DNA of 64,000 bases, from the NCBI GenBank assembly GCA_003345545.1, contig PRDH01000081.1, positions 56,483 through 120,482 on the forward strand. Direction: 5' to 3'. The stretch is from Candidatus Thorarchaeota archaeon. Lineage in GTDB: Archaea; Asgardarchaeota; Thorarchaeia; Thorarchaeales; Thorarchaeaceae. Below, piece after piece: positions 49,071 through 59,812 of this stretch. The notes below the pieces were generated by a model. The model saw only the letters and a list, made by a program, of their open reading frames with translations. It did no database searches and had not been told where the DNA came from. Position numbers and translations under genes: made by a program. Each line of letters begins with the position of its first letter. Within the stretch, counting starts at the first letter, position 1.

Positions 49071-51074
49071 TTATTCCGCAAGAAGTTCTTGAGCACGTTT
49101 CACGACATTCTCAACAGTAAATCCATACTTCTCAAAGAGAACCTCTGCAGGCGCAGAGGCACCGAATCTGTCAATGCACAAATATCTCGCATTCTCTCCG
49201 ACCCAGTGCTCCCATCCTTGAGCCACTCCTGCCTCGACGACGAGGCGTCTTTTCATCTTCGGTGGAAGGACTGAGTCACGGTAGTCCTGACTCTGCGCTC
49301 TGAATAGTTCCCAGCTTGGGAATGACACAAGACGCACAGCAGTACCTTTCGAGTAAAGCACCTCTCCCGCTTGAACGACTATTCCCAACTCTGAACCCGA
49401 TGCTATTAGGACTATTTCTGGGTCCTTGCCGAGGTCTGCCAGCACATAGGCTCCTCTACTTAATCCAGTTGCAGCAGCATACTTGCTTCGGTCTAGCACT
49501 GGCACGTTTTGCCTGGTCAAGGCCATAAGAGTCGGACCCTTCCTGTTTGAGATTGCGGCTCTCCATGTCTCCACTACTTCATTTGCATCGCCAGGTCTCA
49601 CAACAGTAAGATTTGGAATTGCACGAAGTGCAGCCAAGTGTTCTACCGGTTGATGAGTAGGACCGTCCTCCCCAACACCAATGCTGTCATGAGTGAATAC
49701 CCAAATACTCCGATGCCCTGACAGCGCAGAGAGTCGTATTGCTGGCCGCATGTAGTCTGAGAACATCAGAAACGTAGCTGCATACGGAATGACTCCCCCG
49801 TGTGCAGCCATACCATTCACAGCACCTCCCATCGCGTGCTCTCGAACTCCATAGTGTATATTCCGACCAGACAAAGCTCCCGCCTGAAATGAGGGACTTC
49901 CATCAATCCATGACTTGTTCGAAGTCGTGAGATCCGCGGAGCCGCCGATAAGTTCGGGAATCTTCACTGCAAGAGCATTGATTACCTTTCCAGATGCCAC
50001 TCGCGTAGCCATCCCCTTTGCATCTGCTGGAAATGTAGGAAGAGTGTCTTCCCATCCAGAGGTTAGTTCGCCTTTCATGCGTCTCCTGAGTTCTTCTGCT
50101 AAATCGGGATACTTCTGTGTATAAGCAACATAGTTGGATTGCCACTCTGATTCGAGGGTCTTTCCTTTCTTGACAGCCTTTCGAAAGTGAATAAGAACAT
50201 CATCAGGTATGAAGAAGCGAGGCTGCAGAGGCCAGCCTAGGTTTCTCTTGGCACCCTCCAGTTCCTCCTCCCCTGGAGGCTCACCATGAGCTTTGGAGCT
50301 GTCCTGTTTCTTGGGCAATCCAAAACCGATATGGGTTCTACAGATTATCAACGATGGACGAGGATCCTTCTTCGCGTTCGATATGGCAGAATCTACCAGG
50401 TCAACATCATTTCCGTCAGCAATCCTCTGAACATGCCAGTCATATGCTTCAAACCTTGCCCCTCGGTCCTCAGAGAACGTTAAATCTGTGCTACCATCTA
50501 TCGAGATTCGATTGTCATCATACATCAGTATGATCTTACCTAGCCGTAGATGCCCCGCAAGAGAAGCGGCCTCAGAGGAAACCCCCTCCATAAGGTCTCC
50601 ATCGGTCACTATTCCGTAGATATTGTGATTGACCACCTTGTATTCATCCCTGTTGAAGACAGCAGATAGATGTGCCTCTGCTATCGCCATGCCCACACAG
50701 TTGGCAAATCCCTGTCCCAGTGGTCCGGTTGTGACTTCGACACCGGGTGTTCTGAAACACTCTGGATGTCCAGGTGTCTTACTCTCCCACTGCCTGAATT
50801 TCTTGATATCATCTAATGAAACATCATACCCCGTCAGGTGAAGAAGAGAATACAGGAGCATTGATCCATGTCCCCCTGAGAGCACGAATCTATCTCGATC
50901 CCACCAGTTAGGATTCTTGGGATTGAATCGAAGGTGACGAGTCCAAAGAACATACGCCATTGCAGCTGCACCCATTGGCATACCGGGATGTCCAGAATTA
51001 GCCTGTTGTACAGCATCAGCGGAAAGAAATCGGATTGTATTGATTGCACGGTTCAAGAGTGATTCGTCCGTCAT
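49071..51074 (-). CDS. tkt: Transketolase (single-chain, bacterial type)
   Basis: [18 protein letters not shown], GDGxxxEG-like [24 protein letters not shown]; start uncertain (ORF extends to 51119). Confidence 0.95.
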   Translation of the reverse strand: MTDESLLNRAINTIRFLSADAVQQANSGHPGMPMGAAAMAYVLWTRHLRFNPKNPNWWDRDRFVLSGGHGSMLLYSLLHLTGYDVSLDDIKKFRQWESKTPGHPECFRTPGVEVTTGPLGQGFANCVGMAIAEAHLSAVFNRDEYKVVNHNIYGIVTDGDLMEGVSSEAASLAGHLRLGKIILMYDDNRISIDGSTDLTFSEDRGARFEAYDWHVQRIADGNDVDLVDSAISNAKKDPRPSLIICRTHIGFGLPKKQDSSKAHGEPPGEEELEGAKRNLGWPLQPRFFIPDDVLIHFRKAVKKGKTLESEWQSNYVAYTQKYPDLAEELRRRMKGELTSGWEDTLPTFPADAKGMATRVASGKVINALAVKIPELIGGSADLTTSNKSWIDGSPSFQAGALSGRNIHYGVREHAMGGAVNGMAAHGGVIPYAATFLMFSDYMRPAIRLSALSGHRSIWVFTHDSIGVGEDGPTHQPVEHLAALRAIPNLTVVRPGDANEVVETWRAAISNRKGPTLMALTRQNVPVLDRSKYAAATGLSRGAYVLADLGKDPEIVLIASGSELGIVVQAGEVLYSKGTAVRLVSFPSWELFRAQSQDYRDSVLPPKMKRRLVVEAGVAQGWEHWVGENARYLCIDRFGASAPAEVLFEKYGFTVENVVKRAQELLAE

Positions 51075-51204
51075 CGGAAACTGCTCCATGCTTTGGTTGA
51101 CTCGTTGACGAGTGCCCACCCGAAGGGCATAATCCCGTATCGGTCGGCCTTCTTTTGCATCTTGTGCTTCGCAGAACTGTCCTGCCTTTCACTCTTTCGC
51201 CAGA

Positions 51205-51774
51205 CTATGGTCCACTGACCTGTGTTCCTGGTGGGTATTGTTTGAGAAAGTCTTCCCGAATGGCATCCATGACTACAAAATCGTGGAACTTTCCCATCAT
51301 GTAGGTTGCCTGTCTATAGAGCCCAGCCCGTTTGAAACCTGCTTTTTCGTATGCATGCTGAGCTCGCACGTTGGTATCCAGCGTCACTAGGAATATGCTG
51401 TTTAGACCAAGGATATGAAACCCAACCCAAAGCATCAGCCTTACAGCGTCAGTTCCATAACCTCTTCCAAAGTTCTCTGGGTTGTGAATTGCTATACCAA
51501 ATTCAGCTCTCTGATTCTGTTTTGATATATCAAAGAAACTCGTAGAACCGAGGAACTTCTTTGTCTTCTTATCCTCGATGGCGAGCACCATTCCACCATC
51601 TTTCCACGGATCCATGGTAGTCACCCGTTCCAACCATTTTCGCTCTATGTTTTTCGACATAGGCCATGCAGTGGCTAGGAACTGCCTCATCTCAAGGTTG
51701 TTCCAGTTTTCCATGACGACGTCTAAATCCTCAAGCTCTAGAGCTCTCAGATGAACCTTCTCTCCATAGTACAT
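51205..51774 (-). CDS. RimJ/RimL-type GNAT acetyltransferase
   Basis: AEFGIAI...GRGYGT, N.RA..AYEKAGF. Confidence 0.88.
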   Translation of the reverse strand: MYYGEKVHLRALELEDLDVVMENWNNLEMRQFLATAWPMSKNIERKWLERVTTMDPWKDGGMVLAIEDKKTKKFLGSTSFFDISKQNQRAEFGIAIHNPENFGRGYGTDAVRLMLWVGFHILGLNSIFLVTLDTNVRAQHAYEKAGFKRAGLYRQATYMMGKFHDFVVMDAIREDFLKQYPPGTQVSGP

Positions 51775-51881
51775 GACAAAATGCTCGTATTTTGAGAGTT
51801 AAAAATGCCGCAGTAATGCCTAGGTCGATACACTCTTTATCCTACTTCTCTCCTCCTCTTCCGAGAGGGAGTCTACACGCT

Positions 51882-52484
51882 ATGAGCCCGAGGAAATTGT
51901 ACTTTGATGAACCCATTGTTCGTGTAGACATTTCCAGAGTACGTTTCCCGAGAGTATGTCCTGTCTGCGGAAACCCAGCAACAACAACATCACGCCTGAC
52001 CATCGTATCAGGAAAGCCTCAGTACTTACGACGTGAATGGGACCCCTACTTTGATCCTCGGGTTCGGAGAAGACAAGGAATCCCACAACCAAACCTGAAG
52101 GTTCTGCCTATCCAGGTATGTGACAATCATTACTACACCGACGAGGGGGAGGACCGTTACAAATCATTATGCCTCATAGTAGATGGACTTGCGATGGCTT
52201 TCGTGTTCTTCGGACTGCTGTTATTGGGCGACTCGATATCAAGAGGGAGTTCTATCTCTCCATGGGTATCCGCCTTTGCTGTATTCTTTGCAGTATCTCT
52301 GGTTGCGACAGTTATTGCCTTCCGATCCAATTCACTTGCAAGAGCTGTGAGAATCGTGGGTTTTGATGCTGGGATGCAGAATGTTCTTCTTGCCTTCAAG
52401 AGCGGAACCTATCGCGAGGAGTTCGTCAAGGAAAATCCTCTGAATTCCGAGCTTGTCAGCTGGGTTGTGAAGACAGATATGTAA
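51882..52484 (+). CDS. Hypothetical membrane protein with CxxC
   Basis: FPRVCPVCG...C..H; 2 TM segments. Confidence 0.7.
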   Translation: MSPRKLYFDEPIVRVDISRVRFPRVCPVCGNPATTTSRLTIVSGKPQYLRREWDPYFDPRVRRRQGIPQPNLKVLPIQVCDNHYYTDEGEDRYKSLCLIVDGLAMAFVFFGLLLLGDSISRGSSISPWVSAFAVFFAVSLVATVIAFRSNSLARAVRIVGFDAGMQNVLLAFKSGTYREEFVKENPLNSELVSWVVKTDM

Positions 52485-52631
52485 TGATTGAAGTACGGAA
52501 AACAAAGAATGAAGTGCTCAGGTTGCTTCGAGCATGAGCACTTCCTCAGGGGTCATGCAACAACGCCTAGCCTTGTCGTTGGGTGAGCTAGAGTGATTTT
52601 CAAGAGTAGTCTTATCAGGAGTCATCGTGAT

Positions 52632-52718
52632 CTACCTGTACATGTATGCATAGGTGATTGCATCAGTGGAGATTCTCTTGTTGGAGTAATTCCTGATTGT
52701 TCTCTTCGCTTGAGTCAT
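52632..52718 (-). CDS. Putative micropeptide B (28 aa)
   Basis: MTQAKRTIRNYSNKRISTDAITYAYMYR; GGAGGT SD; paralog of 52725-52829. Confidence 0.6.
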   Translation of the reverse strand: MTQAKRTIRNYSNKRISTDAITYAYMYR

Positions 52719-52724
52719 GATTCT

Positions 52725-52829
52725 TTACCTCCTATACTGGTAGGCGTAGGTGATTGCCTCGGTCGAGAAGATTCGACCAGTCATGTTCTTCATCGCAGAT
52801 GTGTTTCGGGTGTTAGTTGCTTGAGCCAT
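52725..52829 (-). CDS. Putative micropeptide A (34 aa)
   Basis: MAQATNTRNTSAMKNMTGRIFSTEAITYAYQYRR; TATATATA box about 35 nt upstream. Confidence 0.6.
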   Translation of the reverse strand: MAQATNTRNTSAMKNMTGRIFSTEAITYAYQYRR

Positions 52830-53152
52830 AATAGTTCACAAGAAATACTGCTCAGACTGAGTATATATAGCGGAGCCACTTTTGAGGGACACAAGATGAA
52901 GTCACAAGATGTGACTATGCCCGGAACGCTCTGGAGGGACTGTATGGTCATATGGAGGAAGCTGTTGCCTTCGAAACTGTGTTCCTTGGAACTTGAAAGA
53001 CCCGTGAGGAATGATTCTCCTGTCTGCAGCCTTCGAAGGCTCTGAAGGCAACAGGATTCGGTTCTCCCAGTATGGATGAAAATCAGAGCAGTGGAAGTCT
53101 GCCACTCTATTCTGTGAGCAGGCTCCAACCACTGTCATTGAACTTGGTGAAA

Positions 53153-53533
53153 CTAGAGCTTGAGCTCTTTCTCACTCTTCCAAAGCCCATGAATGTTGCA
53201 GTAGGCAGTTGCCATCAGAGTTCCCGCTTTCTTGGTCATGAATGTGAACACTGCGCATGGCTCTGTGTACACAGAGCTTGTATCTGCCCCCTTGACTGAC
53301 TCTCCATGCGTATCAAAACTGACATAGCCAATCTCAACGGGGAATTTCTCATCGTCCGGCCATAAGAACAAGTCAACCCATTTTATGTGATGAGCTGTTG
53401 TATTCGGATGCGGGATCTCCTTTCCAACGGTGACCTTCACATTGACCCGACCATCTTTGACCTTCTCTATTTCAATCACAGGGATATGTTTCTCAGTCTT
53501 CCAATCAGCAGTCTGTATCCATTTTTGGCTCAT
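53153..53533 (-). CDS. sor: Superoxide reductase (neelaredoxin type)
   Basis: EKHIP, HPNTTAHHI, YCNIHGLW. Confidence 0.93.
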   Translation of the reverse strand: MSQKWIQTADWKTEKHIPVIEIEKVKDGRVNVKVTVGKEIPHPNTTAHHIKWVDLFLWPDDEKFPVEIGYVSFDTHGESVKGADTSSVYTEPCAVFTFMTKKAGTLMATAYCNIHGLWKSEKELKL

Positions 53534-53686
53534 TTTTCCCTACCTCTCGTATAGGAAGTGGGAGTATGTTCAACTACCCATCCCCTCCTATGCGCAGTTC
53601 TTGTTAAAATACTTCTCTTTGTCTTGGCTCAGAGTTATATGCTGTTTCTTTTCTGTCGTCTTGTCGACACTTCCAGCGTATAGAAG

Positions 53687-54271
53687 ATGAGATCGATGGA
53701 GTACTTTCATCCAAGATATCCGAATTCGGCCCTCTATTTATCATTGCTCGCAATCCTAACGGCCCTGACAACAGTGGCGACACTCGTGTTGGTAGTCCCG
53801 TTTCCAACTACGAGTGGCTACTTCAATCTTGGAGATGTATTGGTAATGCTGAGCGGGCTTCTTCTTGGGCCTCTTGGCGGCTTTGTTGCAGGCGGGATTG
53901 GTTCTGCCATTGCTGACCTAATACTTGCGCCTTGGTATGCCCCAATCACATTGATTGTGAAGGGTTTTGAAGGAATGGCAGTGGGTCTTATCTGCAGCCG
54001 GACACGCCGAGAGTCAAGGATAAGTCCATGGGACATAGTCGCTGTCATAGTTGCCTCCTGTGTCATGTTGGTAGGCTATCTAATGGGGGAAGTTCTTGTC
54101 CTAGGCTATTCTATAGGAGTCGCTCTCACTGAGCTGGTGACCATTAACTCGATACAGGTCATTGTAGGCTCCTTTGGTTCGCTGACGGTAGGTCCTATAG
54201 TTCGCTCCTACCTCCGAAATCTCAGGTACAGCAAAGAGAACACTCAGAAATTGGAGTTTCGTGACCAATGA
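53687..54271 (+). CDS. ECF transporter S component
   Basis: GYFNLGD, GIGSAIADL, TLIVKG. Confidence 0.88.
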   Translation: MRSMEYFHPRYPNSALYLSLLAILTALTTVATLVLVVPFPTTSGYFNLGDVLVMLSGLLLGPLGGFVAGGIGSAIADLILAPWYAPITLIVKGFEGMAVGLICSRTRRESRISPWDIVAVIVASCVMLVGYLMGEVLVLGYSIGVALTELVTINSIQVIVGSFGSLTVGPIVRSYLRNLRYSKENTQKLEFRDQ

Positions 54272-54408
54272 GGAATCGGAATGTTGGTTCATAGAGCGAT
54301 CCTATCAGTCCAGCTCTGGTCAGAACGGTTTTTAGGCTCCACTTTACTCAGCACTTCGTGGTATCGTACTCGCCGTAGCATGCCAAACCAGATGGGTGGC
54401 GTATTGAA

Positions 54409-55689
54409 ATGATCAATAGAAAAAAGCTGCTAATTGATGAAGACGAACTAAGAGAGATCAATGATTTCCTTCTCAGCGATGAGAATCAACTTGTGACCGA
54501 TCTTCTTGTCTTGATCGATAAGTATGGCGGAGTCAGAGAGATCAACAGAAAGGCACGCGAAGCACGCAGGCTCGATAACCTCCTGACAATGCTTGATTCA
54601 AAGAAGTCTCCGTATATCAGAGATCTTCAGTGGCTTCAAGAACAGCGTGACAATCGTGTATTCATTTCAATTCCTGAGTATAGGCGACGGGTGCTCGATG
54701 ACAAGGCAGACTCCATGAAATTCGATGATAGTTTTGCTGTTACTCTTGAGATTAGTGCATGCCAGTACTTTCCATGGCTCATCACAGAAACCAAACAGGC
54801 TATTGAGAAGGATGAGATAATGCCAGGTCGCTTCATAAGGGTTAGAAGAATGGCAGAACAATCTGCAGATGATGACGTCATTGCGTTTGCCGCAGCGATG
54901 CAGATATTCGGTTCTTCATATGTTGAAACACTTGATACCAAGGGCACCTACCCAGGTCCAGATGGAGCGCCAGTGAATGTTCATCTGGGTGGCCCTGCGA
55001 CGATCACAGGGTATTTCGGCGGTGTTGGGATGCCAAATGAGTTTCCCTTGAAATGGGCAGACGAGTTTCTGTACTATTATACGAAGTATGGCGTCAAACA
55101 GGTCCTCAATATCAACCCCGGGAGTGTGCTAGTGGGCTACATGATGCATAAGCTCGGTATCGATATAGAGTTCAAGATATCAGTGTTCATGGGCAACGAT
55201 AATCCATATGCATGCCTATGGACGCTAATGACAGCGAAATTATTCAGCCGTACCAATGGGACAAGCCCTCTCATCGGATTCAACCTCTCTAACAGCGTCA
55301 ACAAAGTAACCATAGAGGTGGCCGCGCAAATCCGGAAGGCCTTTGATTTTGAAGATGTCGTGAGAATTGAGCATCATATTACAGAAACCTACAAGTCCAT
55401 TGTTCGGCAACCATATGACAGGCTTTCTGACCTGCTTGATCTAGCAGACCATGTGAAGAATATCAGCGCAAAACACGAGGGCGGCGTTGTCCAGAACGAA
55501 ACGGTACGCGAACATCCTAGTGATATCCTTGATTACTTCCGGACCAAAGAGGACATTCTCAAAGCAGGGCACATGCCTCTGCTCCTGCAGAACTACCTGG
55601 ATAAGCACCATGCGCTGAATCGAACGGCTGAAGAGCTGACGAAACGTGGACTGACATTCATAGCGGCACCTGAGCTTCACGAGTTATGA
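54409..55689 (+). CDS. Conserved hypothetical protein
   Basis: 426-aa ORF; no function recognised. Confidence 0.8.
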   Translation: MINRKKLLIDEDELREINDFLLSDENQLVTDLLVLIDKYGGVREINRKAREARRLDNLLTMLDSKKSPYIRDLQWLQEQRDNRVFISIPEYRRRVLDDKADSMKFDDSFAVTLEISACQYFPWLITETKQAIEKDEIMPGRFIRVRRMAEQSADDDVIAFAAAMQIFGSSYVETLDTKGTYPGPDGAPVNVHLGGPATITGYFGGVGMPNEFPLKWADEFLYYYTKYGVKQVLNINPGSVLVGYMMHKLGIDIEFKISVFMGNDNPYACLWTLMTAKLFSRTNGTSPLIGFNLSNSVNKVTIEVAAQIRKAFDFEDVVRIEHHITETYKSIVRQPYDRLSDLLDLADHVKNISAKHEGGVVQNETVREHPSDILDYFRTKEDILKAGHMPLLLQNYLDKHHALNRTAEELTKRGLTFIAAPELHEL

Positions 55690-55740
55690 TCACAATCACT
55701 CATGTGCCAATATGTGCCATGATATCTTGGACTGCTCACC

Positions 55741-56208
55741 TTACATATCTGGTTGGAAGATGTCATCATACATATTCTGAAGTCTATCCTTGTGTGCTTG
55801 CTCTTCCTTCGCAAGGATTTCGAATACAGATCGGTGTTTTCCACTTCCAGTCAGTTCTGATAGTGACTTGTAGAAGCTGTGTGCTGCGGCCTCCCTTTTG
55901 ATTGCCACTATGAGCACCTCTTGGGAAGTGGATGATGGCACCAGTGGAATATCGACAAGATATCTACTCAGATCCATCTTCTCAAGTTCTTCCACTGTGC
56001 CGCACTTGAATGTCTGACAGACTCCCTCTTTCTGAGCAGACTGCAGTTTCTTCTTATGAATTTCCTCCTGATGAGCTAAATCTTTGAGTAGCTTTGCTGA
56101 TGGTTTGAATTCGGAATCTTTGGCTGCCTTCATGTAAAACTCGTATGATTCATCCTCTCTCTGAATTGCAAGCGAAACAAGTTTTTCGAAAGTCTGTTGC
56201 ACGTTCAT
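55741..56208 (-). CDS. Rubrerythrin/ferritin-like di-iron protein
   Basis: AIQRE...EEIH and AIKRE...EQAH. Confidence 0.88.
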   Translation of the reverse strand: MNVQQTFEKLVSLAIQREDESYEFYMKAAKDSEFKPSAKLLKDLAHQEEIHKKKLQSAQKEGVCQTFKCGTVEELEKMDLSRYLVDIPLVPSSTSQEVLIVAIKREAAAHSFYKSLSELTGSGKHRSVFEILAKEEQAHKDRLQNMYDDIFQPDM

Positions 56209-56397
56209 TAATGGTGCACCTCAACGACGGAATTCAGCTGGTCGTTTTAAGCATAATGATTGAACAGCAAACTGCCTGATATTGCAGACCAATCTGTATC
56301 TCGATTTCTAGTTCAAACAATTGGTACATATACGAGAAAGCAAGAGGCTGAAGATGTATATGGAAGCAACCCGCGACGATAGCGGTCACAGGCTCTG

Positions 56398-57186
56398 ATG
56401 GTGGTAATCTCGATGGATAATAATCCCCTTCTTGAGACACGAGACCTGCGTGTCGAAGTGAGTGGCATCCCAATCCTTGTTGGAGTGGACCTTGCTTTTC
56501 GAGCTGGACAGGTGTACGCCATTCTTGGTCCCAACGCCTCTGGCAAGTCCACACTTGCGAAGACCATCATGGGTTTGCCGGAGTACAGAATCACTGGTGG
56601 TGATATTCTCTTCAATGGCACATCGATTCAGAACAAATCGATTACGGAGCGTGCGCGAATGGGAATTGCCTACGCTTTTCAGACACCTCCGCGCATATCG
56701 GGTGTCAAGCTCGATGATTTCATCTGTAGAGTCTGTCCTGATTACCAATGTACCGATGTGCACGATGCCCTGATGGGCGAAACATGTGTATGCAAACAGA
56801 TATTGTACGATGATTTTGAAAGACTTGGCATCAGGAATCTTGCAAACCGTGACCTCAATGATGGATTCTCCGGTGGCGAATCAAAGAGAAGTGAGCTCTT
56901 TCAAGTTTTATCAATGCGCCCCAAAATAATGTTCCTTGATGAGCCTGACAGTGGGCTTGACTATGACTCCCTCAAGACAGTCGGAAGAGAACTCAAAGCG
57001 ATCAAAGAGAAGCATGATGTCACCCTCGTAATAATCAGTCATCATCGCTATATCCTGGAGTTCCTGGAGGTGGACGCAGTCTACATACTACAGCGCGGTA
57101 GACTTGTCTACACAGGTGACATGAGTGATATTCCTGTCTTAGAAGAGAAAGGTTACGAGAAGTTCTTGGCTGAAATGACAGGATAG
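56398..57186 (+). CDS. sufC: SufC/SmsC Fe-S assembly ATPase
   Basis: GPNASGKST, FSGGE, LDEPDSG. Confidence 0.9.
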   Translation: MVVISMDNNPLLETRDLRVEVSGIPILVGVDLAFRAGQVYAILGPNASGKSTLAKTIMGLPEYRITGGDILFNGTSIQNKSITERARMGIAYAFQTPPRISGVKLDDFICRVCPDYQCTDVHDALMGETCVCKQILYDDFERLGIRNLANRDLNDGFSGGESKRSELFQVLSMRPKIMFLDEPDSGLDYDSLKTVGRELKAIKEKHDVTLVIISHHRYILEFLEVDAVYILQRGRLVYTGDMSDIPVLEEKGYEKFLAEMTG

Positions 57187-57196
57187 GGAGGTTCAT

Positions 57197-58429
57197 TTGA
57201 TGCCATCTGACGACACCAAGAAACGCGCACGTTCAGCAAAAGAGAAGACAGCCCCATATGGTAGCGACCTAGACCTGGACAAGTATGAATACTCCCCCTC
57301 TAAATCGGGTGATCTCGAATCAATTGATGACCTCTCAGAGAAGGATCGTGCATTAGTACGAGAGGTGGGATTTGACCCCGCACAAGAGAGGGTTTCGGGG
57401 TCTTTCATACAGTTCGACAACGAAACTCTCCTTGCAGATGTCCTCCTTCAACAGAAAGGGCTTGAAGTCTTGCCAACGAACTTGGCTCTTCAGAAGTATG
57501 ATTGGCTGCATGACTATCTCTGGAACGCTGTTCCAGTTGATACGGATAAGTACACAGCGAGAAGTGAGCTAGAGGAGTACAATGGCTACTTCATCCGGGC
57601 AGCTGCTGGAGCCAGAATCGAAATGCCAGTTCAGAGTTGTCTGATACTGAAGAAGAACCGATTCGTTCAGAATGTCCATAATATTGTCATAGCCGAAGAG
57701 GGCTCAGAACTTCATGTCATCACGGGTTGCGCTACGCCCTCTAATGTGGAACATTCACTGCATTTGGGAGTGACAGAATTCTATGTCAAGAAGAAGGCTC
57801 GGCTCACTTTCACCATGGTTCACAGGTGGAGTGAGAAGACAGACGTGCGCCCGCGAACTGCAACTCTTGTTGAGGATAATGGCACGTTCATCTCAAGCTA
57901 TGCAATATTGAGTTCTCCCAAATCCATTCAGGCATTCCCCAAGGTCAGGCTGATTGGAACCGGAGCCAAGGCGGACCTATACTCGGTTGTCTACGGAAGC
58001 AGGAAGTCGAAGTATGATATTGGAGGTTCCTTGAGTCTCGAAGCGACCAAGTCCAGTGGCAAAGTCATTTCAAGGTCAATAGCGACTGATGAGTGCGAGA
58101 TCATCGCTCGGGGGGATCTGGTTGGTCTTTCCAGCGAAACAAAGGGCAGACTTGAGTGCGATGGATTGCTTGTCAGCAACTCAGCGGTGATTAGAGCTGT
58201 ACCTATGCTTGCAGCCCGGGCAGAGGGTACTGAGCTCAGTCACGAGGCTACGATTGGGAAAGTCGGAGCTGAACAACTCAGTTATCTTATGAGCCGAGGG
58301 TTGGATGAGGAGGAAGCAACCTCACTCATCATTCGCGGTTTTGTTAAGTTGAAGGTTCCAGATCTTCCACCTACACTTCAGAAATCGATAGACGATACCA
58401 TCAGGATGAGCCTAGAAGGTGGCATGTGA
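57197..58429 (+). CDS. sufB: SufB/SmsB Fe-S scaffold
   Basis: QNVHN, ITGC, ECDGLL, LSHEATIGK, YLMSRGL. Confidence 0.9.
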   Translation: MMPSDDTKKRARSAKEKTAPYGSDLDLDKYEYSPSKSGDLESIDDLSEKDRALVREVGFDPAQERVSGSFIQFDNETLLADVLLQQKGLEVLPTNLALQKYDWLHDYLWNAVPVDTDKYTARSELEEYNGYFIRAAAGARIEMPVQSCLILKKNRFVQNVHNIVIAEEGSELHVITGCATPSNVEHSLHLGVTEFYVKKKARLTFTMVHRWSEKTDVRPRTATLVEDNGTFISSYAILSSPKSIQAFPKVRLIGTGAKADLYSVVYGSRKSKYDIGGSLSLEATKSSGKVISRSIATDECEIIARGDLVGLSSETKGRLECDGLLVSNSAVIRAVPMLAARAEGTELSHEATIGKVGAEQLSYLMSRGLDEEEATSLIIRGFVKLKVPDLPPTLQKSIDDTIRMSLEGGM

Positions 58430-58438
58430 CCAGCCAGT

Positions 58439-59737
58439 CTATGCTCCTGGTGCAATCTCTTTCATCCCAGAGGGGAGATATCTGTGAAGCGCAGAAGGTA
58501 TCTTGACACTGCCATCTTCTTGTTGGTAGACCTCCAGAATGGCGACCAAAGTTCTAGTATTTGCCATCATCGTGCTATTCAGCGTGTGCAGGTAGGCCTT
58601 CTCAGTGCCACCCCTCTTGATTCTGTACTTTATGCCCAGACGGGTTGCCTGGTATGCTGTGCAGTTACTGCAGGAGCCGCCCTCACGATATTTCTGCTGC
58701 CCAGGGAACCAGTACTCAAGGTCATACTTCTTGGCTGCAACGATCCCAATATCGCCGGTACAGACATTCACTATGCGGTATGGGAGCTTGAGGGCTTGTA
58801 CATACTCCTCCTCATTTCGAATCAATTCCTCGTGAATCGGCCATGATTCATCTGGATGACAGAAGACGAATTGCTCAACCTTATTGAACTGATGTACTCT
58901 GAATATTCCCTTTGTGTCCTTACCATGAGCGCCTGCCTCCTTTCTGAAGCATGTGCTGACTCCCGCTAGTTTGAGTGGAAGTTCTTCTGGTTCGAGAATC
59001 TCTCCCATATACATGGCAGCTATCGGGTGCTCAGACGTGGCAATCAGATACAGGTCCTCTCCCTCAATCTTGTACATGACATCCTCAAAATCTGCTAGGT
59101 CCGTCACTCCCTCGTAGGGCTCCCGCCGCATCATGAATGGCGGATAAATGAGAGAATACCCCTTCTTCCTGAGTATGTCTAGGGCCATCTGCTGCATAGC
59201 AAGATCGAGCATCACAAGTTCATTCTTGAGATAGTAGAATCTAGCGCCAGCAACTTTGGCTGCCCTTGCCAGATCCCCAATATCAAGCGAATCTAGCAAA
59301 TCCACATGGCTATGCACCTTGAAACCGAACTCTGGTCGGCCCCCCCATTCCCTCACCAGCTCATTGTCCTCCTCGTCTGCTCCATACGGTACACTCTCGT
59401 GAAGGATATTGGGAATACTCATCTGTATCTTCTTTTGTTCCACTTGGGCTTCATCGGTTTCTGTTTCAATCTCGGAGATTCTCTTGTTCACTTGATTGGA
59501 CTGTTCCACGAGCTGCGGGTCATCCTGCCCGGATTTCTTCAGCTTGCCGACCTCTCTTGAGAGTCTATTACGTAGGGTTCTGAGGTCCTGTATCTCTTTC
59601 TGGAGAGCTCTAGTTCTATTGTCCAGAGCAAGAAATCGTTCAAATGCCTCGAGTTTGGTGCTATCCCTGCGTCGTTCTAGGTTCTTTCGAATCAGATCGA
59701 TATTTTGACGGATGAATCGGATATCCAACAACTGCAA
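58439..59737 (-). CDS. serS: Seryl-tRNA synthetase
   Basis: TSEHP, CFRKEAGAHG, FRVHQFNKVEQF, HTLNST. Confidence 0.96.
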   Translation of the reverse strand: MQLLDIRFIRQNIDLIRKNLERRRDSTKLEAFERFLALDNRTRALQKEIQDLRTLRNRLSREVGKLKKSGQDDPQLVEQSNQVNKRISEIETETDEAQVEQKKIQMSIPNILHESVPYGADEEDNELVREWGGRPEFGFKVHSHVDLLDSLDIGDLARAAKVAGARFYYLKNELVMLDLAMQQMALDILRKKGYSLIYPPFMMRREPYEGVTDLADFEDVMYKIEGEDLYLIATSEHPIAAMYMGEILEPEELPLKLAGVSTCFRKEAGAHGKDTKGIFRVHQFNKVEQFVFCHPDESWPIHEELIRNEEEYVQALKLPYRIVNVCTGDIGIVAAKKYDLEYWFPGQQKYREGGSCSNCTAYQATRLGIKYRIKRGGTEKAYLHTLNSTMMANTRTLVAILEVYQQEDGSVKIPSALHRYLPSGMKEIAPGA

Positions 59738-59812
59738 TCTCTCCTGTATTGTCTGGCTGATTCAAGGAGAACATGCTTACTCATAAGTTGTTTTCCCTAT
59801 CTACCAGGTTCT

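Noticed and set aside
52518-52718. Decayed histone-fold pseudogene (RISTDA...RR..TPEEV)
   Set aside because: The stop falls at the same motif end as in the upstream paralogous peptide, so separate micropeptides explain it better.
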